Source of the DNA: an uncultured Ignavibacteriales bacterium
GTDB taxonomy: Bacteria > Zixibacteria > MSB-5A5 > GN15 > FEB-12
NCBI GenBank assembly: GCA_964416195.1
Contig: CAYQDB010000003.1
Location: 8,555 to 72,554, forward strand
Direction of reading: 5' to 3'
Length of the DNA stretch: 64,000 bases
Each line of letters begins with the position of its first letter. Position 1 is the stretch's first letter. The position numbers and the translations under genes are program-made. Shown here in pieces: positions 63,219 through 64,000 of this stretch. The notes beneath the pieces are model-generated. The model did no database searches. It worked only from the letters and a program-made list of their open reading frames with translations, and was not told where the DNA came from.

Positions 63219-64000
63219 ATGTCGAGTCTTTATTCAATTGATGGAATTAACTCGGGTCTCAATACCGCCGAGATTATTGACGCCATCATGGCCTCCGAAC
63301 GGCGCAACGTCGATTTTCTTGAGCAGGAGCAGACCGAAAAGACACAAATCGTCACAACACTTAAAGCTCTCCAAGCCAAGTTCCTGGCACTCCAGACGAA
63401 CCTTGCCAAACTCACCAAAAGCAGCACCTTTGAGGCAGCTACAGCCACGGTGTCGGATGAATCGATCCTGAATGCTTCGGTCAGTGGGCGGGTTGGCACC
63501 GGATCATACGATATTCAGGTGCTTTCTCTGGCTCGCAACCACCAGATAGCCAGCCAGGGTTCTACCGATCAGTCGCTTGGTATTTTCGGTACAGGGACGA
63601 TCAATATAAGCGTTGGTGACGGGTCACTGCACGCTATTGTTGTCGATGCCAAGAACAACTCGCTCATCGGTATCAAGAGCGCTATCAACGATGCCAACAT
63701 GGGGGTTAGAGCCACGATAATAAACGACGGGTCCTCTTCGAATCCATACCGTCTGATCCTGGCATCTGAGGATACCGGTGTCGCCAACAAGATCAACGTA
63801 ACATCGAATCTAACCGGTGGGAGTAATCTCGATTTCAACGCAGCTTCGTTTGACGATCCGGAGACTATTGCAATGGATTCGAGCTCGAGCTCCCAGATAT
63901 CGCTGGGCGCCACAGCTTCCTATTCGGGCTCGGTAAACAAGATTTATACCTTTACTGTTGCCGGCAGTGGAACACAAACGGTCGGGACCGATACGATCAC
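63219..64000 (+). CDS. fliD: flagellar filament cap protein FliD (5' partial, runs off the window)
   Basis: Hand translation from ATG 63219 gives MSSLYSIDGINSGLNTAEIIDAIMASERRNVDFLEQEQ...GSYDIQVLSLARNHQIAS. The frame stays open to position 64000. It is absent from the track because no stop is reached. Confidence 0.85.
   Translation, partial: MSSLYSIDGINSGLNTAEIIDAIMASERRNVDFLEQEQTEKTQIVTTLKALQAKFLALQTNLAKLTKSSTFEAATATVSDESILNASVSGRVGTGSYDIQVLSLARNHQIASQGSTDQSLGIFGTGTINISVGDGSLHAIVVDAKNNSLIGIKSAINDANMGVRATIINDGSSSNPYRLILASEDTGVANKINVTSNLTGGSNLDFNAASFDDPETIAMDSSSSSQISLGATASYSGSVNKIYTFTVAGSGTQTVGTDTI

Overview
All calls were made by eye from motifs in the supplied ORF translations and from the nucleotide text. 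No searches or computations were run. The window looks like part of an uncultivated, flagellated bacterium with FliW-CsrA type flagellin control, sigma54- and sigma28-like promoter motifs and secreted proteins with dockerin-like C-termini. Lineage cannot be assigned from this sequence alone. Positions 1-28,000 hold housekeeping genes: pfkA, LOG-family, trmO, a birA-like ligase, an S41 protease, a HAD phosphatase, ogt, glyA, cutA, nrdR, tatC, a DUF512 radical-SAM gene and der. These are interrupted by accessory DNA of five kinds. (1) An AT-richer two-gene islet encodes a GIY-YIG protein and a secreted S1 protease. (2) A 931-aa secreted papain-like protease carries Ig-like repeats and a dockerin-like tail. 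(3) Intergenic regions contain clusters of perfect hairpin repeats from several families. (4) An archaeal-type MBL-fold gene is bracketed by a duplicated nrdR 5' end. (5) A 2.7-kb islet is bounded by 46-nt direct repeats of the 5' part of tRNA-Gly(CCC). Positions 28,000-64,000 begin with a regulatory block: an RsbU/RsbW/RsbV-like partner switch with no sigma factor, a HEAT-repeat protein, three receiver proteins, a PAS histidine kinase and a sigma54 activator. A flagellar supercluster follows: motAB, flgBC, an unknown orf, fliEFGHIJ, flgFGAHI, a flgJ-like gene, flgN, flgK, csrA, flgL, fliW, two TPR-glycosyltransferases, fliC and a partial fliD. A cohesin-like/dockerin-like gene sits on the opposite strand between fliJ and flgF. 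The most unusual observations are the tRNA-Gly islet (5'-half duplication, no recombinase recognised, ancestral promoter stranded on the dead copy) and a recurring pattern of four cases in which the 5' end of a plus-strand gene is duplicated just upstream of inserted DNA. Also notable are the possible cohesin/dockerin pairing with a secreted protease, and a flagellin-modification and control module comprising a long-tailed CsrA, a double-length repeat-containing FlgL, two TPR-glycosyltransferases and a 723-aa flagellin.
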